A stretch of DNA of 64,000 bases from Patescibacteria group bacterium (GTDB taxonomy: Bacteria; Patescibacteriota; Patescibacteriia; Patescibacteriales; UBA12465), in contig JBMNFW010000001.1 in NCBI GenBank assembly GCA_050949525.1, positions 655,890 to 719,889 of the forward strand, given 5' to 3'. The notes below the pieces were generated by a model, which was not told the DNA's origin, did not search any database, and saw nothing but the letters and a program-made list of their open reading frames with translations. Positions within the stretch are counted from its first letter, which is position 1. Each line of letters opens with the position of its first letter. Position numbers and translations under genes: made by a program. This document shows positions 52,498 through 61,113 of the stretch, piece after piece.

Positions 52498-53904
52498 CTA
52501 TTTAAAGCTTAATTGCTCTAAACCTCCTTCAGCTATCTCTGTTCCGTCTTCACAATCGCTAAATGGAATTTCATTACTTCCTTGATAGAGATTAAAACAC
52601 CATTGGGAGGAACCATTAATTAACCTTGGGTTTTCCGAAAGTTCTTTCACAAAAGATCTAACTTCGTTATAAAACTTATGACTAGAGAGGGGTCTTTTGT
52701 TTACCTCCTGAGACCAGTCTTTGTATCTTCCAAATAAATCTTTTCGGGATATGTACTCTTTATTATTTTTGTCTACCTTATACTCTTCGTCCTCTAAGAA
52801 CATTAGAGCACTACTCATTTCCGCCTTGAAATTATCCATCATTTTTTCAGATGAAATAGCCCTAGAAAAAACATAATTTTGTTTCTTTAATCTCTTAGCG
52901 CCTTCTATCATCCAACCAATAATACCAGCTGTTTCTTTTTTTAATTTTTCCTCTAAGTTAATATCTCTGTCGGGATCAGTTGGTTTAAATTCTCTAAAGA
53001 ATGGAATTATTTTTATTCTTCTTATAATTCCGCCATCTAATCCATCGAAGGTTGGAGTTTTATTGGTGGCAAATATATATTTTGTTTTAGGTACAAAGAA
53101 TACATTATTACCAAACTTGTGCTCGGCTTTTATGCTATCTCCAGAAACTAAGGCCTTAAACATCTTAGAGTTGCCAAATTTTTCGTCTAGCTCTCCGGCA
53201 ACATTAACCCTCTTTCCAATTAGACTAATGGGAGCAAATCTATCGCTTAAATCAGCTAAGGAGAGGGAGGAACAATGCTCATAGCCAAATATATTTTGGA
53301 TTATTTTTTGTAATTGGCTTTTACCATTACTTCCGGACTTTCCATAAAGAAAAAATGCCGTTGATGCTTTTAGATTGTTTATCAAAAACATCCCGAACAT
53401 TTCTTGAACTAATTTTACCAAATCCTCGTCCGTTTTATGTACATCATCTTCATAAACAAGAGAGCTTGATAAAAACTTTTTAAATACAGGTGTGTCTTCT
53501 TTTGTTTCTTCTATATTATAAGGGAAATATGTGGTACATATTTTGCTTTTATCAAATGGTTCTATCTCAAATGTTTCTACATTTAATAGAGCATCTTTAA
53601 AAGCTATATACTTATCATCCTCTCTATTAACTCTTTTTAAGGCAAACATTTTAATCAATTTTTCTATATCAGTATAAGTGCTATAAGGATAGTTTTGATT
53701 ATACTGTCTAGACTCACAAAAAGAGTCTATTATCCGGAGCATGTCATCTCCAGCTAATTTAACAAAATGGCCTTCTGGTCTATCGAGGAATTGCCCTGAC
53801 CATAAATAAAAACATCCATAGTCTTTCATATAGACTAAATCTTGGATGTACTCGTCGCTGTTACATAGCTCCTTGGCTATGTCTTGATTAAAAACTTTTT
53901 TCAT
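52498..53904 (-). CDS. D5/P4-family replicative NTPase (primase-associated SF3 helicase)
   Basis: Walker A FFLYGKSGSNGKSQL, Walker B-like region, GGIIRRIKIIPF motif and a C-terminal tail typical of phage/plasmid primase P4-type C-terminal domains. Confidence 0.65.
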   Translation of the reverse strand: MKKVFNQDIAKELCNSDEYIQDLVYMKDYGCFYLWSGQFLDRPEGHFVKLAGDDMLRIIDSFCESRQYNQNYPYSTYTDIEKLIKMFALKRVNREDDKYIAFKDALLNVETFEIEPFDKSKICTTYFPYNIEETKEDTPVFKKFLSSSLVYEDDVHKTDEDLVKLVQEMFGMFLINNLKASTAFFLYGKSGSNGKSQLQKIIQNIFGYEHCSSLSLADLSDRFAPISLIGKRVNVAGELDEKFGNSKMFKALVSGDSIKAEHKFGNNVFFVPKTKYIFATNKTPTFDGLDGGIIRRIKIIPFFREFKPTDPDRDINLEEKLKKETAGIIGWMIEGAKRLKKQNYVFSRAISSEKMMDNFKAEMSSALMFLEDEEYKVDKNNKEYISRKDLFGRYKDWSQEVNKRPLSSHKFYNEVRSFVKELSENPRLINGSSQWCFNLYQGSNEIPFSDCEDGTEIAEGGLEQLSFK

Positions 53905-53961
53905 AGTTTTAGTTATTAATTATTAAAACCCTCCTATTTACTATTAGGCGAAAACTCAATG

Positions 53962-53995
53962 AAAAAACAAAAAACACCCGTTTTATTAGGTGTTT
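53962..53995 (-). terminator. Rho-independent terminator downstream of 54032..54901
   Basis: On the minus strand: aaacacc / 10-nt loop / ggtgttt followed by a U-rich run. Confidence 0.45.
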
Positions 53996-54031
53996 CTTTT
54001 AAAGAATTGTTTATATTTTTTCAATGAAAAA

Positions 54032-54901
54032 TCAGTACTTTCCTAAATATTCTTTATTTTCTTCATTTGGGTTTTGGGTAAAGCTCTCTTTTGATATTTT
54101 TTCGTACTTAGCCAATTCATCAGGATCTATCATATCCTCCCAAGCCCCCTTCTTTGGCTTGGGATCACTTTTTTCTGGAATCAAATTAATCTTTATAATA
54201 TATTCTTTGTTATAACTAGAAACTTCAAATGGGTCATCCTCTATTCCAAAAGAGTTTTGCAAACACTTTCTTAAATTAGAAATTCTTTTTTGAAAAGCAT
54301 CAATTTTTTTAAGTTTTTCTACTTCAGATGTGCCCCCTAAACTATCCCATCTAAATTTTCCTTCAAAATTAGATGCTGTTGTTAATATATTCCATATCAT
54401 ATTAGGTTTTTTTCTTTTTTTATCATAAAAACCCAATTCCTTATAATCTAATATCTGCTTAAACTTTTTATCATTTTTTAAAATGATCTCTACATCATTT
54501 CCATTGATAAACTTTATTATAATATCACTCCACTTAGTACCCGCGGGCAAACATACAACGTGTTTATTTTTAGAAACCCCGCTTTCTTTATTATACTTCA
54601 AATCATAGAGATTATTAAAATTTTTACTAATATTAAAAGAAAAAAAATAAGAACGATTATCAGCCCCTCCCTCAGCAACCCTCTTTACAAATTCTTTTTC
54701 AGATAGATCAATCTTTGATGAATCTAGATCGCTAATAAAACCATCTTTATTAATAGAGACAAACAAGTCTTTAAGATTACTAAAGGTTAAACCAATAAAA
54801 TTCAAATCCTCCTCAAATAAATAAATATAATTATTCAAATTATTGTTCTTGAGACTAATTAAATCTAAAATATCTTTTTTCTTTTTATTTAAATCTATCA
54901 T
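54032..54901 (-). CDS. Hypothetical protein (289 aa) of the integrative element, next to iteron-like repeats
   Basis: Clean ORF, first gene downstream of the repeat-rich non-coding region. No motif recognised. Confidence 0.5.
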   Translation of the reverse strand: MIDLNKKKKDILDLISLKNNNLNNYIYLFEEDLNFIGLTFSNLKDLFVSINKDGFISDLDSSKIDLSEKEFVKRVAEGGADNRSYFFSFNISKNFNNLYDLKYNKESGVSKNKHVVCLPAGTKWSDIIIKFINGNDVEIILKNDKKFKQILDYKELGFYDKKRKKPNMIWNILTTASNFEGKFRWDSLGGTSEVEKLKKIDAFQKRISNLRKCLQNSFGIEDDPFEVSSYNKEYIIKINLIPEKSDPKPKKGAWEDMIDPDELAKYEKISKESFTQNPNEENKEYLGKY

Positions 54902-54903
54902 AT

Positions 54904-55171
54904 AATTACAATATTACAATAAAATTATAGCACTTTTTAGCCCTAAAACAAAGGCCATCAGCCCCAATATTGTATTATTGTAATATTTATATACTTTTTT
55001 ATTTTTTTATTTTATTAGTATAAGTATAAAGAGGATTGAAAAAAAATTACAATATTACAATAAATAAGGCGTGGGATAATCACGCAATACGCTTTATATC
55101 CACCATATCTTTTCAAAAGAGGGGATTTGTTGCAAATATAAAAATAGAAAATAAGCAATAATTATATCCAC
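54904..55171. repeat. Iteron-like repeats in a 0.5-kb non-coding region (candidate origin / recombination region)
   Basis: 20-bp perfect direct repeat aattacaatattacaataaa at 54904-54923 and 55045-55064. Inverted 17-bp copy (1 mismatch) at 54968-54984. 10-bp direct repeat ttatatccac at 55094-55103 and 55162-55171. Confidence 0.8.
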
Positions 55172-55398
55172 TTTCCCCAAAAGCCCAGCCCATAAATTAT
55201 AAAAAGCCTATAAACATTGAGTTTTATTGTTATTTCTAACGTTTATTAATGGTTATAAACAGAAGTAAGAGATAATTTTTGATATTTTTTCATAAAAAAT
55301 AGGGGTAGCACCCCACCACCCCATGTCAATGTTTAATATAGAGCCCCCTAAAAAAATAACACATTTCCTATCTTTTTTGGACTTTTTCGGTTATAATT

Positions 55399-55764
55399 TT
55401 ATTTATTATTAATTTTAAATTCATTCCAACAATCTTTAGTTTTTTTTAAATTGTTAAGGATTGCTTCTTTAATTTTTTCTTCTTTTAAAATGGATGAATT
55501 AACTAATTTATCATAAACTATATCGTCTTTTTCAAAAAAAGCCAAAAGCGCTATACTTTTTTGTATAAGATTGGATTTTTCATAATCTCTAACGTTAAAG
55601 TAATGCTCGGCAACAATGTTTAAGGAGTTCTCAAGAACATCCCTAGAATATGGCAAAAATGATTCTGGAACGCCAGAAATTAAAAAAAATTTTGTTAATT
55701 TTTCACCAATCTCGGAGAAATCAATCCATTCTTTAAAAATTTTATTCGCTTCTTCAAATTTCAT
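55399..55764 (-). CDS. Hypothetical protein (121 aa)
   Basis: Clean ORF. No motif recognised. Confidence 0.45.
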   Translation of the reverse strand: MKFEEANKIFKEWIDFSEIGEKLTKFFLISGVPESFLPYSRDVLENSLNIVAEHYFNVRDYEKSNLIQKSIALLAFFEKDDIVYDKLVNSSILKEEKIKEAILNNLKKTKDCWNEFKINNK

Positions 55765-55846
55765 ATTATTCTTTTATTACTTTAATTAATTAAATATACT
55801 ATTAAAATTGATTTTTACAATAAAAGTTATTTGAAATAGCATCATC

Positions 55847-56222
55847 TTAATAACACTTACTAACAATCTTATCGACAAAATAATATTTTTGATTTTCTAT
55901 ATTATATCTATAAAAAACTTTTATATCCTCATCAGAACCATGGTCGCCACAAGACCAATGAAGAAAAACATTGCCATTTTCATCCGGAAAAAAATTAATA
56001 CCCCAATATTTCTCCACCCCATCAGAGCCAATAATTTTATAAATAATAGCTCCAAAAAAACTATCATACCCAACTATTAAGTTTTCATCCCTACTACAAT
56101 CCCAATATTCCCCACCGAAAAGAACAAATTCATTTGCATAGCCATCACCGTTATAATCTTTAAAATTTATTAGCTTTGCAATTTCTAAAATTTTGGCCTC
56201 ATTTTCTGAATAAGGGTCTCCG
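55847..56222 (-). pseudogene. 3' part of a membrane-anchored protein gene split by IS3 copy 2
   Basis: The first 9 residues of track ORF 55847..56248 (MSNEMGTFH) are IS-end sequence. Deleting 56223-57360 joins it in frame to the N-terminal part at 57361-57449. Confidence 0.7.
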
Positions 56223-56240
56223 TGGAAGGTACCCATTTCA

Positions 56241-57044
56241 TTAGACACTATTCTTGCAAGATTCCTGATAAAGCCGGCTGTAAATAACAGGCGGCATTTT
56301 TAATTTTGAATGTATTCTTAAATTATTATACCTATAAATAGTTCTGTAAATATTATATATTAATTCTCCTAGGCTATCAAATCTATCGGGGTCACCTAAA
56401 TCTAATTTAAACTGACAGTAGAATGATTCTTGATAGCCATTTTCCCAAGGACATCCCGGCCTACTCATTGATTGCTTTATTCCTAAATTTTTACAAATAC
56501 CTGAATAATCATAAGAAGTGTATTCACTGCCCCTATCAGAATGAATTATTTTGGCTATCGAATTGTTGTTGGTAGCTGAAAATAAAGCATTAATTATCAA
56601 TTGATTACTATGATTAGTTAAAATACTAAATCCAACTATTTTTCTAGTATATAAATCAATAATAGTAGCTAAATATATAAATTTTCCCTGATATTTAATA
56701 TGGGTAAAATCACTAGCCCAGATATGATTGGGATACTCGGGTATATTATTTAATAATAGATTAGGAAATTCTATGTCTCTATTTACTTTAACATACTTAA
56801 ATTTCTTAGTTTTGCGACGATAGGGCTTAATACCAAATAATTTCATTACTCGAAGTATTCTTTTTTTATTAATTTTCAAATGAACAGCCAATCTTTTATG
56901 TCCGTAACTAGGAAAATCATGTAAAACTTCTTCTATTTTAACCTTTAAATTCCAATCTTTTATTTCTTGTTTAGATTGATAATATATTAATTGACGAGAT
57001 ATGCCTAGATCTTTAGCTATCTGAGACTTATTATCTCTTTTCAT
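56241..57044 (-). CDS. IS3-family transposase OrfB
   Basis: 267 aa, 2 substitutions relative to copy 1. Confidence 0.9.
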   Translation of the reverse strand: MKRDNKSQIAKDLGISRQLIYYQSKQEIKDWNLKVKIEEVLHDFPSYGHKRLAVHLKINKKRILRVMKLFGIKPYRRKTKKFKYVKVNRDIEFPNLLLNNIPEYPNHIWASDFTHIKYQGKFIYLATIIDLYTRKIVGFSILTNHSNQLIINALFSATNNNSIAKIIHSDRGSEYTSYDYSGICKNLGIKQSMSRPGCPWENGYQESFYCQFKLDLGDPDRFDSLGELIYNIYRTIYRYNNLRIHSKLKMPPVIYSRLYQESCKNSV

Positions 57045-57046
57045 AG

Positions 57047-57304
57047 CTAAATCTTTTTTTGGGTTTGAGATAATTTAATAGTTAGCTCTCCTACTAGAGC
57101 TAATAACTCCTTATTTTGTTTCTGTAAACTAGAATATTCTCTCCAACTAGGCTGAGCTTTAATAGTTCGACTTAACCAGCTATAGATAGTATTAGGACTA
57201 ATACCATGTTCTTCGGCTATTTTAGGGACAGAAGATGACCCTTCTTTAACTCTTTCTAAAATTTGATCTTTTATCTCCTTAGAGATTTTAAATGTTTTTT
57301 TCAT
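57047..57304 (-). CDS. IS3-family transposase OrfA
   Basis: Identical protein to OrfA of copy 1. Confidence 0.9.
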   Translation of the reverse strand: MKKTFKISKEIKDQILERVKEGSSSVPKIAEEHGISPNTIYSWLSRTIKAQPSWREYSSLQKQNKELLALVGELTIKLSQTQKKI

Positions 57305-57360
57305 ATATTCACATTGTAGGAATGCATGGAGAAAGTGTCAAATTTTTGGGGTACCTTCCA

Positions 57361-57449
57361 GTTTTTGTTTTATTAAAATAATAAAGTCCTCCCAAAATAA
57401 TAAACCCCATAATAATACTAATTGCTAATATTAGCCATTTTTTACTCAT
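57361..57449 (-). pseudogene. 5' part (29 codons + 2 nt) of the gene split by IS3 copy 2
   Basis: My translation is MSKKWLILAISIIMGFIILGGLYYFNKTK (signal-anchor), followed by ac at the IS boundary. With c-gga-gac... at 56222 downward it restores ...KTKTGDPYSENE. Confidence 0.65.
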
Positions 57450-57473
57450 AAATTTATTTGTAAAAAAATATTG

Positions 57474-58556
57474 TTATACTTTTGGTAATCTACCTCCACT
57501 ATTAAGACACTCCTCTATAGAATCATAGGGAGTAAAATTTTTTGTTCTTTCATAATAAGTTGTTCCTTTTTCATGACATATTCCAGTAGAACTTTTTTTA
57601 ACCTGAGGACCTTCTATCATTTGAACACTTTCGCTTATTGTAGGTTCTTGACTATTAGTGTTGGATTGAGAATCATTATTTATACTATCCGAAGAAGCGC
57701 TCTCAACACAAGCATTATCAGCCCAAAGACCTAATTTATTCTCTCTAGCATATTTTTCCGCATTTTGAAATTCAACTTGATATTTATATGGAACATTATA
57801 AGTATATTCGTGACCATAGCCATTCTCAATCATCCATTTATTAAATAATGTCCCATCTTCTAAATACACATATAGTAAAAGACGTCCATATTTGTCTCTT
57901 TCTCCCTGACTTTCATCTTTTTCTAATATCACATTTTTACCATTCAACATTTCTTTAGCTTTATTAGAGGCTTCAACACCAAAACATTGCACCTCTTTAC
58001 GAGGATCAACCGTTTCGGGCGTATCCAAACCAATCATACGAATTGACTCTAACTTATTATCTATATACAACTTTATAGTATCACCATCAACGACACTATA
58101 AACTTTATATAAATCTCTATTTTTTATATCATCTTCCTCTTGAATAATCTCACTGCTTGAATTAATAAGATCAGCATTATCTTTTAATTCAAAACTTTCA
58201 GAATCAACAGCATTAAAATTTTGAACAATATCGTCATTAATCTCAATGTTTTGATTTTGACTCAAAGCATCATTTAAAACATTGTTAGAGTTGGCACCAC
58301 TGTCTCCAAAATCAGACAATACTAATGAGAGAATAAAAAATACTGGAATTAAAATATTTCTTATTTTTTTATTTACTTTAATCTTTTTAGATATTAAATA
58401 ATAGGTTTTTGGAACTAAAAGTATTAATGATAACAAAATTAAAATACTAGATAAAAAGTTTTTACTAAATAAAAATAATAAAAAAAAATAAACTAAAAAA
58501 ACTATAAGAATATATTTAATTGTTTTTAATATTTTATCTTTCATATAATAAATCAA
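57474..58556 (-). CDS. Membrane-anchored thermonuclease (staphylococcal-nuclease fold)
   Basis: N-terminal TMs. SNase motifs VVDGDTIKL, IRMIGLDTPE, ERDKYGRLLLYVY and ENGYG. 360 aa. Confidence 0.8.
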   Translation of the reverse strand: MIYYMKDKILKTIKYILIVFLVYFFLLFLFSKNFLSSILILLSLILLVPKTYYLISKKIKVNKKIRNILIPVFFILSLVLSDFGDSGANSNNVLNDALSQNQNIEINDDIVQNFNAVDSESFELKDNADLINSSSEIIQEEDDIKNRDLYKVYSVVDGDTIKLYIDNKLESIRMIGLDTPETVDPRKEVQCFGVEASNKAKEMLNGKNVILEKDESQGERDKYGRLLLYVYLEDGTLFNKWMIENGYGHEYTYNVPYKYQVEFQNAEKYARENKLGLWADNACVESASSDSINNDSQSNTNSQEPTISESVQMIEGPQVKKSSTGICHEKGTTYYERTKNFTPYDSIEECLNSGGRLPKV

Positions 58557-58577
58557 AATAATTAATTTATAACAAAA

Positions 58578-58862
58578 TTATTTTTCTGTTTTTTGGCAAA
58601 CATTCATTTTATACTCTTGTCTATATGTGCAATCGTAACCACATTCATAATCATAATTTTGATTATTTCCAGCAATATTGTCAATCCAATTCCTGCAATC
58701 ATCTATATTTTTAAATCCTGACTGAATAATCCAGGTACTCTCATCCCCTATGTTGTTTCTATCCGGATAATAATAACCTGTCCAAGTTTTATTAATAGAA
58801 CAAGCCGATATTAAAATCACTACTAATAACAAAAATAATGATTTAATAAAAAACTTCTCCAT
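58578..58862 (-). CDS. Small putative lipoprotein (94 aa)
   Basis: Signal peptide with lipobox-like LISAC. Cys-containing mature part. Confidence 0.5.
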   Translation of the reverse strand: MEKFFIKSLFLLLVVILISACSINKTWTGYYYPDRNNIGDESTWIIQSGFKNIDDCRNWIDNIAGNNQNYDYECGYDCTYRQEYKMNVCQKTEK

Positions 58863-58912
58863 ACTTTTTATATTAAATATTTAAATTATGTTAATTATAG
58901 AATATTATTAAT

Positions 58913-59233
58913 TTAATTCAAGGAGCCATATTTATTTAATCCTTTAGACCCTTTACTAAGAAAAAAATATAATAATATAACCCAGCCTATAAAAGGGATA
59001 AGGTTTAATAATACCCACCAACCACTAAAATTTATATCGTGCAGTCTCCTTACACTAACTGCTAAAAAAGGTATAAATACAAATAAACTCCAGATTAAAC
59101 TCAAAGACAAAACATTAATAGCTTTAAAAATAAAACTGACTGCAAAAACAATAATAAAAAATGTCCAAAATTCCTTTCTATTGGCCCTGTCTTTAAAATT
59201 TGCATACTCTTTAAAAGGCTTTAAAATGTCCAT
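58913..59233 (-). CDS. DUF805-family inner-membrane protein
   Basis: RANRKEFWTFF ... RRLHDINFSGWW pattern typical of DUF805 (YhaH-like). Confidence 0.7.
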   Translation of the reverse strand: MDILKPFKEYANFKDRANRKEFWTFFIIVFAVSFIFKAINVLSLSLIWSLFVFIPFLAVSVRRLHDINFSGWWVLLNLIPFIGWVILLYFFLSKGSKGLNKYGSLN

Positions 59234-59331
59234 ATTTTATATTAATAATGATTTTATAAATACTATTAGTACATTTGGAAGGTACCCCAAAAATTTGACA
59301 CTTTCTCCATGCATTCCTACAATGTGAATAT

Positions 59332-59589
59332 ATGAAAAAAACATTTAAAATCTCCAAGGAGATAAAAGATCAAATTTTAAGTAGAGTTAAAGAAGGGTCA
59401 TCTTCTGTTCCTAAAATAGCCGAAGAACATGGTATTAGTCCTAATACTATCTATAGCTGGTTAAGTCGAACTATTAAAGCTCAGCCTAGTTGGAGAGAAT
59501 ATTCTAGTTTACAGAAACAAAATAAGGAGTTATTAGCTCTAGTAGGAGAGCTAACTATTAAATTATCTCAAACCCAAAAAAAGATTTAG
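59332..59589 (+). CDS. IS3-family transposase OrfA
   Basis: 85 aa, one substitution (E to S) relative to the other copies. Confidence 0.9.
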   Translation: MKKTFKISKEIKDQILSRVKEGSSSVPKIAEEHGISPNTIYSWLSRTIKAQPSWREYSSLQKQNKELLALVGELTIKLSQTQKKI

Positions 59590-59591
59590 CT

Positions 59592-60395
59592 ATGAAAAGA
59601 GATAATAAGTCTCAGATAGCTAAAGATCTAGGCATATCTCGTCAATTAATATATTATCAATCTAAACAAGAAATAAAAGATTGGAATTTAAAGGTTAAAA
59701 TAGAAGAAGTTTTACATGATTTTCCTAGTTACGGACATAAAAGATTGGCTGTTCATTTGAAAATTAATAAAAAAAGAATACTTCGAGTAATGAAATTATT
59801 TGGTATTAAGCCCTATCGTCGCAAAACTAAGAAATTTAAGTATGTTAAAGTAAATAGAGACATAGAATTTCCTAATCTATTATTAAATAATATACCCGAG
59901 TATCCCAATCATATCTGGGCTAGTGATTTTACCCATATTAAATATCAGGGAAAATTTATATATTTAGCTACTATTATTGATTTATATACTAGAAAAATAG
60001 TTGGATTTAGTATTTTAACTAATCATAGTAATCAATTGATAATTAATGCCTTATTTTCAGCTACTAATAATAATCCGATAGCCAAAATAATTCATTCTGA
60101 TAGAGGCAGTGAATATACCTCTTATGATTATTCAGGTATTTGTAAAAATTTAGGAATAAAACAATCTATGAGTAGGCCAGGATGTCCTTGGGAAAATGGC
60201 TATCAAGAATCATTCTACTGTCAGTTTAAATTAGATTTAGGTGATCCTGATAGATTTGGTAGCTTAGGAGAATTGATATATAATATTTATAGAACTATTT
60301 ATAGGTATAATAATTTAAGAATACATTCAAAATTAAAAATGCCGCCTGTTATTTACAGCCAGCTTTATCAGGAATCTTGCAAGAATAGTGTCTAA
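59592..60395 (+). CDS. IS3-family transposase OrfB
   Basis: 267 aa, one substitution (R to Q) relative to copy 1. Confidence 0.9.
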   Translation: MKRDNKSQIAKDLGISRQLIYYQSKQEIKDWNLKVKIEEVLHDFPSYGHKRLAVHLKINKKRILRVMKLFGIKPYRRKTKKFKYVKVNRDIEFPNLLLNNIPEYPNHIWASDFTHIKYQGKFIYLATIIDLYTRKIVGFSILTNHSNQLIINALFSATNNNPIAKIIHSDRGSEYTSYDYSGICKNLGIKQSMSRPGCPWENGYQESFYCQFKLDLGDPDRFGSLGELIYNIYRTIYRYNNLRIHSKLKMPPVIYSQLYQESCKNSV

Positions 60396-60413
60396 TGAAA
60401 TGGGTACCTTCCA

Positions 60414-60468
60414 AGGTGCCAAAATAATCATCTGACTTAACATGAAATTCCAATGATTTTTTATTCAT
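60414..60468 (-). pseudogene. 5' part of a small ORF split by IS3 copy 3
   Basis: MNKKSLEFHVKSDDYFGT + tt at the IS boundary. Across the IS (59275 downward) it continues a-atg-tac-taa, giving ...DYFGTLMY-stop. Paralog of 26486..26569. Confidence 0.35.
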
Positions 60469-60471
60469 AAT

Positions 60472-60840
60472 TTATTTTTTATTTCCCATGGCAACATAAT
60501 CTACAATTATTTTAAAAAAAATCAGCTGGGCAATGTAGTGAATAATAATAAGAGAAAGTAACGATGACGCAATATCTCCAGGTAACATTTTTAATCTTTG
60601 TGCTAAACATTCTTCGGTAAATACATCTTTTTCATCATCGTTCATCCAGCTTAAGTCCTCATTATAATATGCTATACATGATTCCACTGGCCTTACCTCA
60701 TAAATAATCATGGCGCGAAAGGAAAGGGCTAGAAAAATTACATATGTAACCATTAATGCACGAATCCACCATTTTTTAAAAAGGAAACCGTGTCGTTCTT
60801 TATTAAAAAATGGAAAGATGATTTTTTTAAAAACTTTCAT
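60472..60840 (-). CDS. Hypothetical membrane protein (122 aa)
   Basis: Two hydrophobic segments. No motif recognised. Confidence 0.45.
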   Translation of the reverse strand: MKVFKKIIFPFFNKERHGFLFKKWWIRALMVTYVIFLALSFRAMIIYEVRPVESCIAYYNEDLSWMNDDEKDVFTEECLAQRLKMLPGDIASSLLSLIIIHYIAQLIFFKIIVDYVAMGNKK

Positions 60841-61113
60841 AGTAATTATATTTTAATAAGTTAAAAAATAAATTTGAAATTTTAGTTTTACCGTATATTT
60901 ATTTTTAAATAATATAACTTTTATTAATTATATATCTATATTATAACAATTATAAACATATTTTAAAAGCCTAAAACTTGTGTAAATATTGTCAAATAAT
61001 AAAATATTTTTATATAAATAAAACCAACTAAAACATCATAAAGCCCCTATAAAATAAGGACTTTATTCTTGCAACCGACATTCTTAATATCTCCTAATTA
61101 TTTGACTCTATTT

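Larger units (their letters stand above)
56223..57360 (-). mobile_element. IS3-family insertion sequence, copy 2 (1138 bp)
   Basis: Same termini and length as copy 1. Slippery heptamer at 57053-57059. OrfB differs from copy 1 by P to S and G to D. Confidence 0.9.
59276..60413 (+). mobile_element. IS3-family insertion sequence, copy 3 (1138 bp), opposite orientation to copy 2
   Basis: Same termini. A_AAA_AAG at 59577-59583 is in the orfA phase, and a -1 shift reads GAT TTA GCT ATG into orfB. Confidence 0.9.

Noticed and set aside
55341-55351. gagccccctaa resembling the tRNA-Ala 3' segment gagccccttaa (47453-47463), as a possible distal att repeat of the island. Also the shared tccacca at 55099-55105.
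   Set aside because: The matches are only 10/11 and 7/7 nt, too short to distinguish from chance without a formal alignment. The island boundaries are therefore left open.
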